A stretch of DNA of 62,637 bases from Sulfurovum sp. (GCA_020721815.1 DYMA01000001.1:1-62637), one strand, 5' to 3'. Positions 1 through 11,180 are shown, counted from the stretch's first letter. Notes: generated from the letters alone by a model not told the origin. Program-made: numbers and translations.

Positions 1-127
1 TGAAAATCTCAAAGCTTATGTGATAGTAAGCGATGGGTTTGAGGTGGAGGTGGTGAGGGTGGGGTAATTAATACTCCGTTTAACTTTTTGATGGATAATG
101 TCTCTATGAGTTCGAGAAGGAATCCCC

Positions 128-769
128 ATGATTAATATATTGATGATAGAAGACGATAGCGAATTTGCCGAGCTATTGGCGGAGTATTTGGAACGCTACG
201 ATATTAAAATTACCAACTACGAAGATGCCTATTTGGGACTTTCGGCGGGAGTAAAAAAGTTTGATTTGGTGATACTTGATCTCACACTACCAGGGATGGA
301 TGGATTGGAGGCGTGTGAAGAGATTGTCCGCAAATACGATATTCCTATCATCATCTCTTCGGCTCGTAGCGACATTGGGGACAAAATCACCGCTTTGGAA
401 CTAGGAGCTGATGACTACCTCCCCAAACCTTATGACCCCAAAGAGATGTATGCACGGATTCAATCGGTGCTTCGACGCTACAACAAAGTCGAAAACAAAA
501 ACGAGGTGAGTGATTTTGAAATCAAAGCCGATACTATCTATCATCAAGGCAATGCACTTGTTTTGACTCCCGCAGAGTTTGAGGTGCTTTATTTGCTTAT
601 CAAAAATCGGGGCATTGCTCAATCAAGAGAGCAAATCATCAACTCCTCTTCAACCATGAGCGACATCAAAGGCAAAAGCTTAGACGTTATTATTAGCAAA
701 ATTCGAGGCAAACTTAGCGATCCCTCCTTGATTCAAGCCGTGCGTGGAGTTGGGTACAAGCTCGTATGA
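128..769 (+). CDS. OmpR/PhoB-family response regulator
   Basis: REC domain (IEDD acidic pocket, DLVILDLTLPGMDG phospho-acceptor context, YLPKPY lysine) plus a C-terminal winged helix ending GVGYKLV. GAGAAGG RBS upstream of the ATG. The stop overlaps the next start (ATGA). Confidence 0.9.
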   Translation: MINILMIEDDSEFAELLAEYLERYDIKITNYEDAYLGLSAGVKKFDLVILDLTLPGMDGLEACEEIVRKYDIPIIISSARSDIGDKITALELGADDYLPKPYDPKEMYARIQSVLRRYNKVENKNEVSDFEIKADTIYHQGNALVLTPAEFEVLYLLIKNRGIAQSREQIINSSSTMSDIKGKSLDVIISKIRGKLSDPSLIQAVRGVGYKLV

Positions 770-1959
770 TAAGCTTTACAACCATTAGAGCAAAGATTAC
801 GATGATTTTTGCCGTCTCAATCGTTTTGCTAGGATTGCTCTCTTATGTTCTTTTTGATACGCATATTAAATTTGAACGCCACAGCATGATTGTGCAAGAA
901 ATGGCATCCATTCGTTTTGCTTTTGATTACTTTGTGCGTACCAATACGATTGATTTTGCTTTTTTGGAGTCGCAAAACTTTCGTCTAATAGACGACAAAG
1001 CCCAAAAACTTGAAATATTTAACACACTAAGCAAAAAAGAAAAAGACAAAAGCTTTAGTATCTTCAAACACCATGAACGCCGATTTCTCTTCATTAAAAG
1101 CTACCATACGATTTTTATCTTTGAGAGCATGAATCAACCCAAAGCCCCCAAAAATGTCATTATTATCTCCTTTTTCCTTCTCTTTTTTTTGTTGATTTTG
1201 TACATTATGATTATTCGTAGCCTTCGCCCCTTGCACAAACTCAAAAACGAGATTAAGACCTTTTCACAAGGCAATTTGGATATCGATTGCCGCAGCGACA
1301 AAAAAGATGAGATTGCCCAAGTCGCCAATGAGTTTGATAACGCTGTCAAAAAGATTAGAGAACTCAAACACTCTCGCCAACTCTTGCTTCGTGCTATCAT
1401 GCATGAGCTTAAAACCCCTATTGGCAAAGGGCGACTTGTGAGCGAAATGATCGATAACGACAAGCACAAACAGCGTCTTCACTCTATCTTTGAGCGGTTA
1501 AATTTGCTCATTGATGAGTTTGCCAAAATCGAAAAAATTGAATCCAAAAGCTTTGAACTTGTCTTTAAATCCTACAAAATGAGCGATATTCTTGATGCTA
1601 GTATCGATATGCTTATGATCGAAAATCCCGCCAAACATATTGAACTTGAACTTACAAACGACTATCTTATTGATTGCGATTTTGAACTCCTCTCATTGGC
1701 TATCAAAAACCTTATTGATAATGGAATAAAATACAGTCCCAATAAACAAGTGAGCGTTGTTGTCGATAATGCGCTTGCGGTAATCAATCAAGGCAAAGCA
1801 CTCGAAGAGAGTTTGGAACACTACTTTGTCCCCTTTCGTACCAAAAGCAACGGATTGGGGTTGGGGCTTTACATCGTCAAAAATATTGTGGATTTGCATC
1901 ACTTAAAACTCGAATACACTCATAGAGATGGACAAAACACAGTGAGTATCAAGCGATGA
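766..1959 (+). CDS. Sensor histidine kinase (two TM helices, HAMP, HisKA, HATPase)
   Basis: Two hydrophobic helices, H-box IMHELKTPI, N-box NLIDNGIKYS and G-box GLGLGLYIVKN. Translationally coupled to the regulator. Confidence 0.85.
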   Translation: MISFTTIRAKITMIFAVSIVLLGLLSYVLFDTHIKFERHSMIVQEMASIRFAFDYFVRTNTIDFAFLESQNFRLIDDKAQKLEIFNTLSKKEKDKSFSIFKHHERRFLFIKSYHTIFIFESMNQPKAPKNVIIISFFLLFFLLILYIMIIRSLRPLHKLKNEIKTFSQGNLDIDCRSDKKDEIAQVANEFDNAVKKIRELKHSRQLLLRAIMHELKTPIGKGRLVSEMIDNDKHKQRLHSIFERLNLLIDEFAKIEKIESKSFELVFKSYKMSDILDASIDMLMIENPAKHIELELTNDYLIDCDFELLSLAIKNLIDNGIKYSPNKQVSVVVDNALAVINQGKALEESLEHYFVPFRTKSNGLGLGLYIVKNIVDLHHLKLEYTHRDGQNTVSIKR

Positions 1960-1998
1960 TTGGGTAAAATCGTATTCAATTAATTTTAGGAGAATAGA

Positions 1999-2712
1999 AT
2001 GAAAAAACTTTTGAGTTTGATGATGACATTAACGGTTGCACTCTTTGCTATGGGAGATCCATCGGGTGAGAAGATGGAGACAAAAAAGGGAAATATGGAG
2101 ATGTTTCAAAGCGTCAATCCTGCCCAAGCAACCCTTTTGCAAGAGGGTGCAAACAAGCTCTATTGTCCCTTGTGCGGTATGACTTTGCCGATGTTTTACA
2201 AAACCAACCACGCCGCTACCCACAAAGGGCATACCAAACAATACTGCTCTATTCATTGTCTAGCCGACGATAATGCCAAACATCCCAATGAACTTACCAA
2301 CATGAAAGTCGTTGATGTCACAACGCTTCAATTTATCGATGCCGCTAAGGCTTTTTATGTCGTAGGTTCAAGCAAACAAGGGACAATGTCCATGGTAAGC
2401 AAATACGCTTTTGGTACCAAAGAGGCCGCAAGTGCCTTTGCTAAAGAGTTTGGCGGTGAGCTAAAAAGCTTTGAAGAGGCTTTGAAAATCGCAACTGATG
2501 GCGTAGCAAAAACCAATGCCATGATAGCAAAAAAACGCATCATGATGGCAAAGAAGGGCAAACAAGCCTATGAGAAGTTTTGTAAACCAACCACTCAAAC
2601 ATTTGCTTCCATCGCCGATGCCAAAGCCTATATCGAACAAAACAAACTCTGTGGAGAGTTGCAAGGTCCAATGCTTCAAGCCATTGCTCTCTATCTTGTC
2701 TCCCAAAAATAA
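1999..2712 (+). CDS. Secreted TRASH/NosL-like metal-binding protein
   Basis: N-terminal signal peptide without a lipobox Cys. C-x2-C-x23-C-x3-C motif (YCPLCGM...YCSIHC) followed by a NosL-like segment (FYVVGSSKQGTMSMVSKYAFGTKEAASAFAKEFGG). Confidence 0.5.
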   Translation: MKKLLSLMMTLTVALFAMGDPSGEKMETKKGNMEMFQSVNPAQATLLQEGANKLYCPLCGMTLPMFYKTNHAATHKGHTKQYCSIHCLADDNAKHPNELTNMKVVDVTTLQFIDAAKAFYVVGSSKQGTMSMVSKYAFGTKEAASAFAKEFGGELKSFEEALKIATDGVAKTNAMIAKKRIMMAKKGKQAYEKFCKPTTQTFASIADAKAYIEQNKLCGELQGPMLQAIALYLVSQK

Positions 2713-2717
2713 AAGAA

Positions 2718-2734
2718 GGTGGAGCATCTCCACC
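2718..2734. terminator. Short GC hairpin GGTGGAG-CAT-CTCCACC after the NosL-like gene
   Basis: 7-bp perfect stem directly after the stop at 2712. There is no clear U-run on the + strand, so terminator function is uncertain. Confidence 0.3.
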
Positions 2735-2838
2735 AAATTCCTCTGTCGGTTTCACCCCCATCTAAACACTTTTTAGGTATAATCTCTATAACTATGCACT
2801 CTACAAGTGTGTGCAATTTTATGCAAAAAGAGGATACT

Positions 2839-3947
2839 ATGCTACTTTTTACCCCAGGTCCTACACCTGTACTTGAGAGCGTTCGTCAAGCAATGGCTAC
2901 AGCTACACTGCACCATCGAACGCCTGAATTTGAAGCGATTTTTAAAGAGGCTAGAGAGAATTTAATCAAACTGTTCAATATGCCCGAAGCGATTATGTTG
3001 GCTAGTTCGGGTACGGGAGCGATGCAAAGTGCGATGTTGCACCTATGCAAAAGCAAGGCACTCACTATCAATTCAGGAAAGTTTGGTGAGCGTTTTTCTA
3101 AAATCGCCGATGCTCTTAATATCCCTAAAATTGAGCTTAAATACGAGTGGGATACACCTGTAAAGCTTGATGATGTCCAAGAGGCACTTCAAACGCATCC
3201 TGATATTGATGCGATTTTTGTGCAAGTCAGCGAAAGTGCGGGGGGCTTAAGACACCCTGTTGAAGCCTTAGCGGCTTTGGCAAAACAGATCAATCCCAAT
3301 ATTATGATAGTAGCCGATGGGATTACTGCTGTAGGGGTAGAGCCTATTGATACCACGCATATTGATGCCCTTATTACAGGTTCTCAAAAGGCTTTGATGC
3401 TTCCTCCTGGTCTAGCGATGATGGGACTAAGCCATGAAGCGATTGCCAAAATTGATAAAGGAGTTGATTACTACTTCAATCTTGCTTTGGAGCTTAAAAA
3501 CCAACGTCAAAATACTACGGCATTTACTCCAGCGACCACGTTGATTATGGGACTTAACGCAATGTTTGGAGAGATTGAAAAGGCAGGAGGATTGGATAAG
3601 TTTTATGCCGACAGTGCCAAACGTGCCAAAGCCACACAAGGTGCGCTTGAAGCTATCGGACTCACAATCTACCCAACCGCCCCTGCCCTCTCTATGAGTA
3701 CAGTGATTGATGAAAATGCTAATGAGATTCGCAAAATACTCAAAAACAAATACGGTGTCAATATGGCAGGAGGGCAAGATCATCTCAAAGAGAAGATATT
3801 TAGAATCAATCAAATGGGACTCATTCCCGCTTACGAGTCGGCATGGGTGGTCAATGCTGTTGAGTTGGCACTGAGCGATTTGGGAAGACGAGCCTATGAT
3901 GGTAGTGCCAATAGAGTCTTTAATGAAATCTATTACAAAGAGAATGA

Positions 3948-3951
<4 letters not shown>
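2839..3951 (+). CDS. Class V (PLP) aminotransferase, serine-glyoxylate/phosphoserine aminotransferase-like
   Basis: MLLFTPGPTPV N-terminus and PLP lysine context TGSQKALMLPPG. Start moved from 2719 to the ATG at 2839, which follows AAAGAGGA. The upstream 40 codons look non-coding and contain a TATAAT at 2778-2783. Confidence 0.8.
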
Positions 3952-6055
<2,104 letters not shown>

Positions 6056-6064
6056 GGAGTACCT

Positions 6065-6616
6065 ATGAGATTAAAAGAGAACCAGACACGATACGTCGCT
6101 ACAAAAATAGGTATAGATTTGGCAAATGCCCCATTTGTGCGTATGCCAAAGGGCAAAGAGGCGGTAGTGAGTGCCATTAAAGCCCTCATTGATGAGAACC
6201 TCAAAAGCGAAAGAGCCTTGGATGATAAAGTCAAAAAGATATTGGATGAAAACGATGATGAGATAGAGTTTCAACACGCCAACGAACGCCAACTCTTTTT
6301 TATGATCAAAAAGAAATTAGCACCCCAATACGGCGTGATTATGAATTATGACGATAGATACAACGACCTTTCGCACAAAATTTTGGATGAACTCTACGAA
6401 GAGTATCTCCTTGAGTACGATGTCAATGAAAATCAAGTCAAGAATGTCATTTTCAAAGGCTTTAAAGATTTTGCTAATGCCTTCGAGAAGATTGATGATA
6501 CCGTCTATAAGAAGATCAAAGCAATGAAAAGAGAGGTTATACCAGGTACGCAAGAGTATGAACTTATCTACGAGCGACTCTACGAAGAAGAGCTTAAAAA
6601 ACGAGGTATGTTGTAA
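6065..6616 (+). CDS. DUF507-family protein
   Basis: MRLKENQTRYVATKIGIDLANAPFV N-terminus and an acidic helical body typical of DUF507, recalled from memory. Confidence 0.5.
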   Translation: MRLKENQTRYVATKIGIDLANAPFVRMPKGKEAVVSAIKALIDENLKSERALDDKVKKILDENDDEIEFQHANERQLFFMIKKKLAPQYGVIMNYDDRYNDLSHKILDELYEEYLLEYDVNENQVKNVIFKGFKDFANAFEKIDDTVYKKIKAMKREVIPGTQEYELIYERLYEEELKKRGML

Positions 6617-6622
6617 AGAGTG

Positions 6623-6650
6623 TTAAGTGCTAAGCATTAAGTGCTAAGCA
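6623..6650 (+). repeat. Perfect 2 x 14-nt tandem repeat TTAAGTGCTAAGCA
   Basis: Read directly: ttaagtgctaagca ttaagtgctaagca, in the DUF507-carA intergenic region. Confidence 0.9.
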
Positions 6651-6656
6651 ATTTTG

Positions 6657-6680
6657 TAGGGTGCAATGCATTGTACCCTA
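6657..6680. promoter_or_regulatory. 24-bp near-perfect palindrome TAGGGTGCAATGCATTGTACCCTA upstream of carA
   Basis: Self-complementary except for one G/T position pair. It ends 17 nt before the carA ATG. It could be an operator or an RNA hairpin. Confidence 0.35.
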
Positions 6681-6697
6681 TATATGATGGAGAGAAG

Positions 6698-7816
6698 ATG
6701 CAAAAAATTTATATCTATTTAGAGAATGGAACATTTTTAGAAGCCAACAGTTTTGGAGCAACAGGTACAAGCGTGGGCGAGATTGTCTTTAATACCTCTT
6801 TGAGTGGTTATCAAGAGATTGTCACAGACCCTAGCTACGCAGGGCAGTTTGTCACCTTTACAATGCCCGAAATTGGCAATGTGGGGTGCAATGAGCAAGA
6901 TATGGAGAGCAAAGGTGCTTATTGCAAAGGCATTATTGTACGCTCTTATCAAGCTAGACCCTCCAATTTTCGCTCTCAAGAGAGTTTGGAAGCGTTGTTG
7001 GTTCGCTATGGCGTGATAGGTATTTGCGATATTGATACACGCTATCTTACCAAAATGATTCGTGATGAGGGAGCGATGATGATGGTAGCCTCTACGCACA
7101 TAAGCGACAAAGAGGAGCTTAAAAAAATCCTTGAGGCTTCACCACGCATTGAAGATATCAATTACATTGAGCAAGTTAGCACCAAAGAGAGCTATATTCA
7201 TCCCAATGCTACCTACGACACGGTTGCTTTTGAGTACAAAAAACCCCAAACTACTAAAAAGATTATCGCTCTTGACTTTGGTATCAAACGCAACATACTC
7301 AATGAACTTACCCATGCGGGTATGGAGGTGGAGGTTGTGCCTAATAGTATCGATGCAACCGATGTGATAGCCAAATACGAAGCAGGTGAAATTGGAGGCA
7401 TTTTTCTCTCCAATGGTCCAGGCGATCCGCTCATTTTAAAAGAGGAACAAGCCAAAATCAAACGTTTCATCGAAGCCAAAATACCTCTATTTGGTATCTG
7501 TTTGGGACATCAATTGCTCTCTATTGCACACGGTTACGATACCTATAAGCTCAAATTTGGACACCACGGGGGCAACCATCCTATCAAAAATGAGGAGGGC
7601 ATGGTAGAGATTACCGCTCAAAATCACAACTACAACGTACCCCAAACGATTACACAAGTCGCACGCGTGACGCATACCAATCTCTTTGATGGCACGATTG
7701 AAGGATTGGCGTACAACGATTCGCCTACTCTCTCGGTTCAACACCACCCCGAAGCCTCTCCAGGGCCTCATGAGAGTGCTTACATCTTTAAAAAATTCTT
7801 CGAGATGGTACGCTAA
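6698..7816 (+). CDS. carA: Carbamoyl-phosphate synthase small (glutaminase) subunit
   Basis: MQKIYIYLENGTF start after GGAGAG. Catalytic GICLGHQ and HHPEASPGPHE motifs. The ORF-track start at 6641 runs through the palindrome and is rejected. Confidence 0.93.
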   Translation: MQKIYIYLENGTFLEANSFGATGTSVGEIVFNTSLSGYQEIVTDPSYAGQFVTFTMPEIGNVGCNEQDMESKGAYCKGIIVRSYQARPSNFRSQESLEALLVRYGVIGICDIDTRYLTKMIRDEGAMMMVASTHISDKEELKKILEASPRIEDINYIEQVSTKESYIHPNATYDTVAFEYKKPQTTKKIIALDFGIKRNILNELTHAGMEVEVVPNSIDATDVIAKYEAGEIGGIFLSNGPGDPLILKEEQAKIKRFIEAKIPLFGICLGHQLLSIAHGYDTYKLKFGHHGGNHPIKNEEGMVEITAQNHNYNVPQTITQVARVTHTNLFDGTIEGLAYNDSPTLSVQHHPEASPGPHESAYIFKKFFEMVR

Positions 7817-8301
7817 TGCACATTATCGTTACGGGAGGGACGATTGACAAACGCTACAATCCTTTGAGCGGTCAAGTCGATTTTGCTTCCTTCACGCATA
7901 TTGAAGCGATGCTTCTTCAAGCACGTCTCGATACCCAAACCTACTCCATCACAACGCTTATGCTCAAAGATTCACTGGAACTTGACAATAGCGATAGAGA
8001 AGCGATATTAAAAGTCATTCAAACCTCACTCCACAACAAAATTTTAATCACCCACGGTACCGATACCATGGTTGAGAGTGCCTCATTTATCGCCAAAGGT
8101 ATCCAAAACAAAACGGTAGTATTGGTAGGGGCAATGGTTCCTTACCGTTTCAAAGACTCCGATGCTTTGTTTAATCTAGGCTTTGCGATGGGGGCATTGG
8201 AACATCTTGATAGCGGAGTCTATATCGCCATGAACGGCAAAGCTTTTGCTTACGATAGCGTCGTCAAAAATAAAACATTGGGAATTTTTGAGGCGAGGTA
8301 G
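7816..8301 (+). CDS. Asparaginase N-terminal-domain-only protein
   Basis: TGGTIDK and THGTDTM motifs of the asparaginase/glutaminase fold in only 161 aa. TAATG overlap with carA. Confidence 0.6.
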   Translation: MHIIVTGGTIDKRYNPLSGQVDFASFTHIEAMLLQARLDTQTYSITTLMLKDSLELDNSDREAILKVIQTSLHNKILITHGTDTMVESASFIAKGIQNKTVVLVGAMVPYRFKDSDALFNLGFAMGALEHLDSGVYIAMNGKAFAYDSVVKNKTLGIFEAR

Positions 8302-8329
8302 CAAGATGATGGAGATAAAAATCGAATTA

Positions 8330-9181
8330 TCACCCTATGTTCTCTTTTCTCAATCCTTCAATTATCTTTTCGCTCAATCCTATCTTAAGGGCGATGGTGG
8401 CGTTATCCAAAACATCTAGGAGCTTTTTGGCTATCTCTAGTTTTTCTTCTTCTCTCCCCCTCACTTCTCCTTTCCTCTCTGCCGTCATCAAGGCATTAAT
8501 ATCATCAAACTCTTTGAGGGCTATCATGTCGTAGAGTTCGAGTTCTTTAATATCCCATGTCGTTTGAGTCGCTATAGTGAATGCCTCTTTGAAATCTTCG
8601 AGGTTTTGGTATTGAGCAGGAATTACACTAAGGTCTGAAGCATTTTTGATGAAGTATATCCATTTATCGAGCATTGATTCGAGTTCTTCTAGTTCTTTTG
8701 TGAATTTGGGGAGTTCGATAAAGCTAAACTCAAAATCTTTCAAATCTTGTGTGTTGGTCTCTTGATTGATAATAAGGTGGCGTGAGATGTAGCTTTGGTT
8801 TTCAAAGATAGTGAAGTTGAGAATGCCTATAAAATAGACTTTTTTAAGTAGCGAGTAGTTTTTGCTTTTGGGGAGTTGTTCTACGTATGCTTTGGAGGTA
8901 TAATAGAGGCTTCTTTTGGCAAAGTTGCCCAAATCTTTTCTTTGCATCTCTACGATAAAGGTATCTTTGTTTTTATTGGTGGCTTTGATATCAAGGATAG
9001 TCTCTTTGAGTTCTGGTATCTTGGGTATTTGATAGGGATTGGCGAGAGTCACATCGACAATAGCAAATCCATCATGGAAATCAAGAACCGAGTTGAGAAA
9101 CGAGATGAGGATATTTTTGTGCTTTTCATCACCAAATATCTTCTTAAAAGCAAGGTCATTTTTGGGGTCAGCAAATTGCAT
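8330..9181 (-). CDS. Rpn-family / PD-(D/E)XK nuclease (transposase_31-like) protein
   Basis: FADPKNDLAFKKIFGDEKHKNILISFLNSVL N-terminus, then DIKATNKNKDTFIVEMQ (D...E-x-Q/K core). Start set at MQFADP (9181). Confidence 0.65.
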   Translation of the reverse strand: MQFADPKNDLAFKKIFGDEKHKNILISFLNSVLDFHDGFAIVDVTLANPYQIPKIPELKETILDIKATNKNKDTFIVEMQRKDLGNFAKRSLYYTSKAYVEQLPKSKNYSLLKKVYFIGILNFTIFENQSYISRHLIINQETNTQDLKDFEFSFIELPKFTKELEELESMLDKWIYFIKNASDLSVIPAQYQNLEDFKEAFTIATQTTWDIKELELYDMIALKEFDDINALMTAERKGEVRGREEEKLEIAKKLLDVLDNATIALKIGLSEKIIEGLRKENIG

Positions 9182-9304
9182 TTGTGGGTTGCCTTTTTGG
9201 GAGGTATTATAGCATATTGCCACTTCAATAGGATATTCAAATGGGCAAGATGGTGGGTTTTGCTCATTCTACACCTAGCATCAATACAATAAGCGTGTTG
9301 TCTA

Positions 9305-9313
9305 TGCTATAAT
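9305..9313 (+). promoter_or_regulatory. Extended -10 promoter element TGCTATAAT
   Basis: TGnTATAAT lies 29 nt upstream of the ATG at 9342, with AGGGAG between. The same TGCTATA core occurs at 11181 and 46978. Confidence 0.4.
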
Positions 9314-9341
9314 TTCCCAATAAGATAGGGAGATAGATTTT

Positions 9342-10121
9342 ATGAGAGTCGATTTGCACAACCATACTGCAAGGTGTAATCACGCCACGGGGAGGATTGA
9401 GGAGTATATTCAAAGAGCCATTGAGTTAGGAGTGGAGATATACGGCTTTAGCGAGCACGCTCCTTTGAAAATTGACCCGCATTATCGCCTAAGCTTTGAG
9501 CAGATGCGTGAGTATGAAACCGATATTTTAAATGCCAAAGCAAAGTATCAAGGCATAATAGATATACGTTTGGGTTATGAGGTTGATTATTTGCCCAACC
9601 ATTTAGATGAACGAATTTTAAATGCCAAAGTTGATTATCTCATTGGCTCGGTGCATTTTTTGGACAATTGGGGATTTGATAATCCTGAATTTATCAAAGA
9701 GTACCAAAACCGTGATATTGATGCGATATGGCAAGAGTATTTTGATGCGATTAAAAACATGGCACAAACGAAGCGTTTTGATATAGTAGGACATTTGGAT
9801 CTTATTAAGGTTTTTAAATATATGCCCTCATTGCCTATCGAAACGTTGGCACAACCCGCTCTTGAAGCGATAAAAGAGGCTCAAATGGTAGTCGAGATTA
9901 ATCCCGCAGGATTACGCAAACCCATAGGAGAGCAGTATCCCTCACGCCATTTATTAGAGAGAGTCTATGAGATGGGGATTAAAATCACCTGTGGGAGCGA
10001 TGCGCATAAGGTTGAAGATGTTGGATTTGGATACGACGAAGTTGCTACTCTCGCCAAAACCATAGGTTTCAAAGAGGTAGTAGCGTTTAAAGATAGGCAA
10101 AAAGAGTATTATCCTCTCTAA
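9342..10121 (+). CDS. PHP-family histidinol-phosphatase
   Basis: DLHNHTARCNHA metal-binding start, plus SEHAP, GSVHF, GHLD and GSDAH motifs of the HisJ/HisK PHP family. Confidence 0.75.
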   Translation: MRVDLHNHTARCNHATGRIEEYIQRAIELGVEIYGFSEHAPLKIDPHYRLSFEQMREYETDILNAKAKYQGIIDIRLGYEVDYLPNHLDERILNAKVDYLIGSVHFLDNWGFDNPEFIKEYQNRDIDAIWQEYFDAIKNMAQTKRFDIVGHLDLIKVFKYMPSLPIETLAQPALEAIKEAQMVVEINPAGLRKPIGEQYPSRHLLERVYEMGIKITCGSDAHKVEDVGFGYDEVATLAKTIGFKEVVAFKDRQKEYYPL

Positions 10122-10573
10122 TGCTCTTCGGGTTTGCTTGTCGAAGCGATGGTTTTGTAAAAATAGCCCAGCCCTATAAACATAAGCGTCGTACCAATGA
10201 GCAGATAAAACGCCGAAAGCATTTGGGTGTGGTCATTAAGTGCGATTTTAAAGACTACCATTAGGGTTTCAATCGCAAGGGCAATGACAATCGAGATGAG
10301 AAATTTGCCCAGTACTTTGTATTGTTGATCATCATCGTGATGAAAAGATTTGAAAATAACCTCATGTTCAAATATCTGTTTGGCAAGGTCATAAATAGCC
10401 AATCCCAAAGTAATAGCAATAATGGATTTAAAAACCCCGTGCAAAATATCTTGATTGGCATCGCCGACAATGAGCATGGTAAAGATGTATCCACCGTAAA
10501 CAATCAACATAATCGAAACCGCCGCCAAAAAAAAACGAACCCAGTGTATAGACCGCTTTTTTGAATTTATCAT
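10118..10573 (-). CDS. Small integral membrane protein (about 4 TM helices)
   Basis: MINSKKRSIHWVRFFLAAVSIMLIVYGG... with four hydrophobic stretches. Start chosen at the ATG at 10573. The reading frame overlaps the upstream ORF across a T9 tract. Confidence 0.5.
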   Translation of the reverse strand: MINSKKRSIHWVRFFLAAVSIMLIVYGGYIFTMLIVGDANQDILHGVFKSIIAITLGLAIYDLAKQIFEHEVIFKSFHHDDDQQYKVLGKFLISIVIALAIETLMVVFKIALNDHTQMLSAFYLLIGTTLMFIGLGYFYKTIASTSKPEEH

Positions 10574-10985
10574 GAAGCGAGTTGTATTCGATAAGTTTAA
10601 GCTCTTCGAGAATTTCGATGAGATTAACATCAAAAACATGATACTCCTCATCTTTAAAATAGACCAACGAAATACTTGCTCTTCCTGTACGGTAATGGAT
10701 ATAGGGATTGGAGATATAGATTCCTTTTTCATCAAGTTGCAGTTTGACAAAATAGTTGCTTTTGTCACTATTGAGATGGGTTGTATCGGCTCGTTTGCGG
10801 CATATTACGGGAGTAGATTGGTGAAAATTTTTATCTACAGTGTAGAGCAATTCGATGTAGTCGTGATTTTTGAGTATGGTTCGTGCATTGTCGGTAAATT
10901 TGCGCGGCAACGATGTGACGAGTGTTGAGATAAAATTATCAACCGTGTGGCGATGTTTTTTATAGATATTTATAACCTCTTTCAT
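10428..10985 (-). CDS. Hypothetical soluble domain protein, possibly the frameshifted N-terminal part of the downstream membrane protein
   Basis: Start at MKEVINIYKK after AGGAA. The body looks like real protein, but the last ~40 residues after the T9 tract (GGGFDYVDCLRWIHLYHAHCRRCQSRYFARGF) look like out-of-frame read-through. Confidence 0.4.
   Translation of the reverse strand: MKEVINIYKKHRHTVDNFISTLVTSLPRKFTDNARTILKNHDYIELLYTVDKNFHQSTPVICRKRADTTHLNSDKSNYFVKLQLDEKGIYISNPYIHYRTGRASISLVYFKDEEYHVFDVNLIEILEELKLIEYNSLHDKFKKAVYTLGSFFFGGGFDYVDCLRWIHLYHAHCRRCQSRYFARGF
10527..10535 (-). repeat. Homopolymeric T9 (A9 on + strand) at the junction of two overlapping reading frames
   Basis: gccgccaaaaaaaaacgaac read directly. 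Both ORFs traverse it. Confidence 0.95.
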
Positions 10986-11180
10986 GCTGTTCCTACAATA
11001 ATAATGTGCTGTATTTTCAAAAGTATTATAACCAAAATTTATCAAAAAAAGCTATTAAAGTTAATTGCCCTCCATAAATGGGGAAAAATGCAACACGATT
11101 GACTCTTTTTGAAGCAAAAAAGAGCATTATATTTTCTTTTGGGATGTTATAAGACAAATTTATAGGATTTTAATTAGAGT

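Noticed and set aside
35-64. G-rich tract GGGTTTGAGGTGGAGGTGGTGAGGGTGGGG as a possible G-quadruplex or regulatory element.
   Set aside because: It reads in frame as the last codons of a + strand gene entering from the left (...ENLKAYVIVSDGFEVEVVRVG-stop at 65-67). Only three runs of three or more G are present, so a stable G4 is unlikely.
6641-6697. N-terminal extensions suggested by the ORF track: carA 6641, aminotransferase 2719, Rpn 9223, nnr 15411, pgm 22315, NuoI-like 38632, NuoB-like 40893 and DUF3450 52993.
   Set aside because: The extensions run through promoters, palindromes or the upstream gene. They lack homology-like sequence and are followed by an internal start with a good RBS that matches the expected family N-terminus.
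11103-11124. Hairpin CTCTTTTT-GAAGC-AAAAAGAG upstream of petA as a terminator or riboswitch.
   Set aside because: The stem is almost entirely A/T, with no adjacent gene to terminate and no conserved leader structure. It is probably a chance feature of AT-rich DNA.
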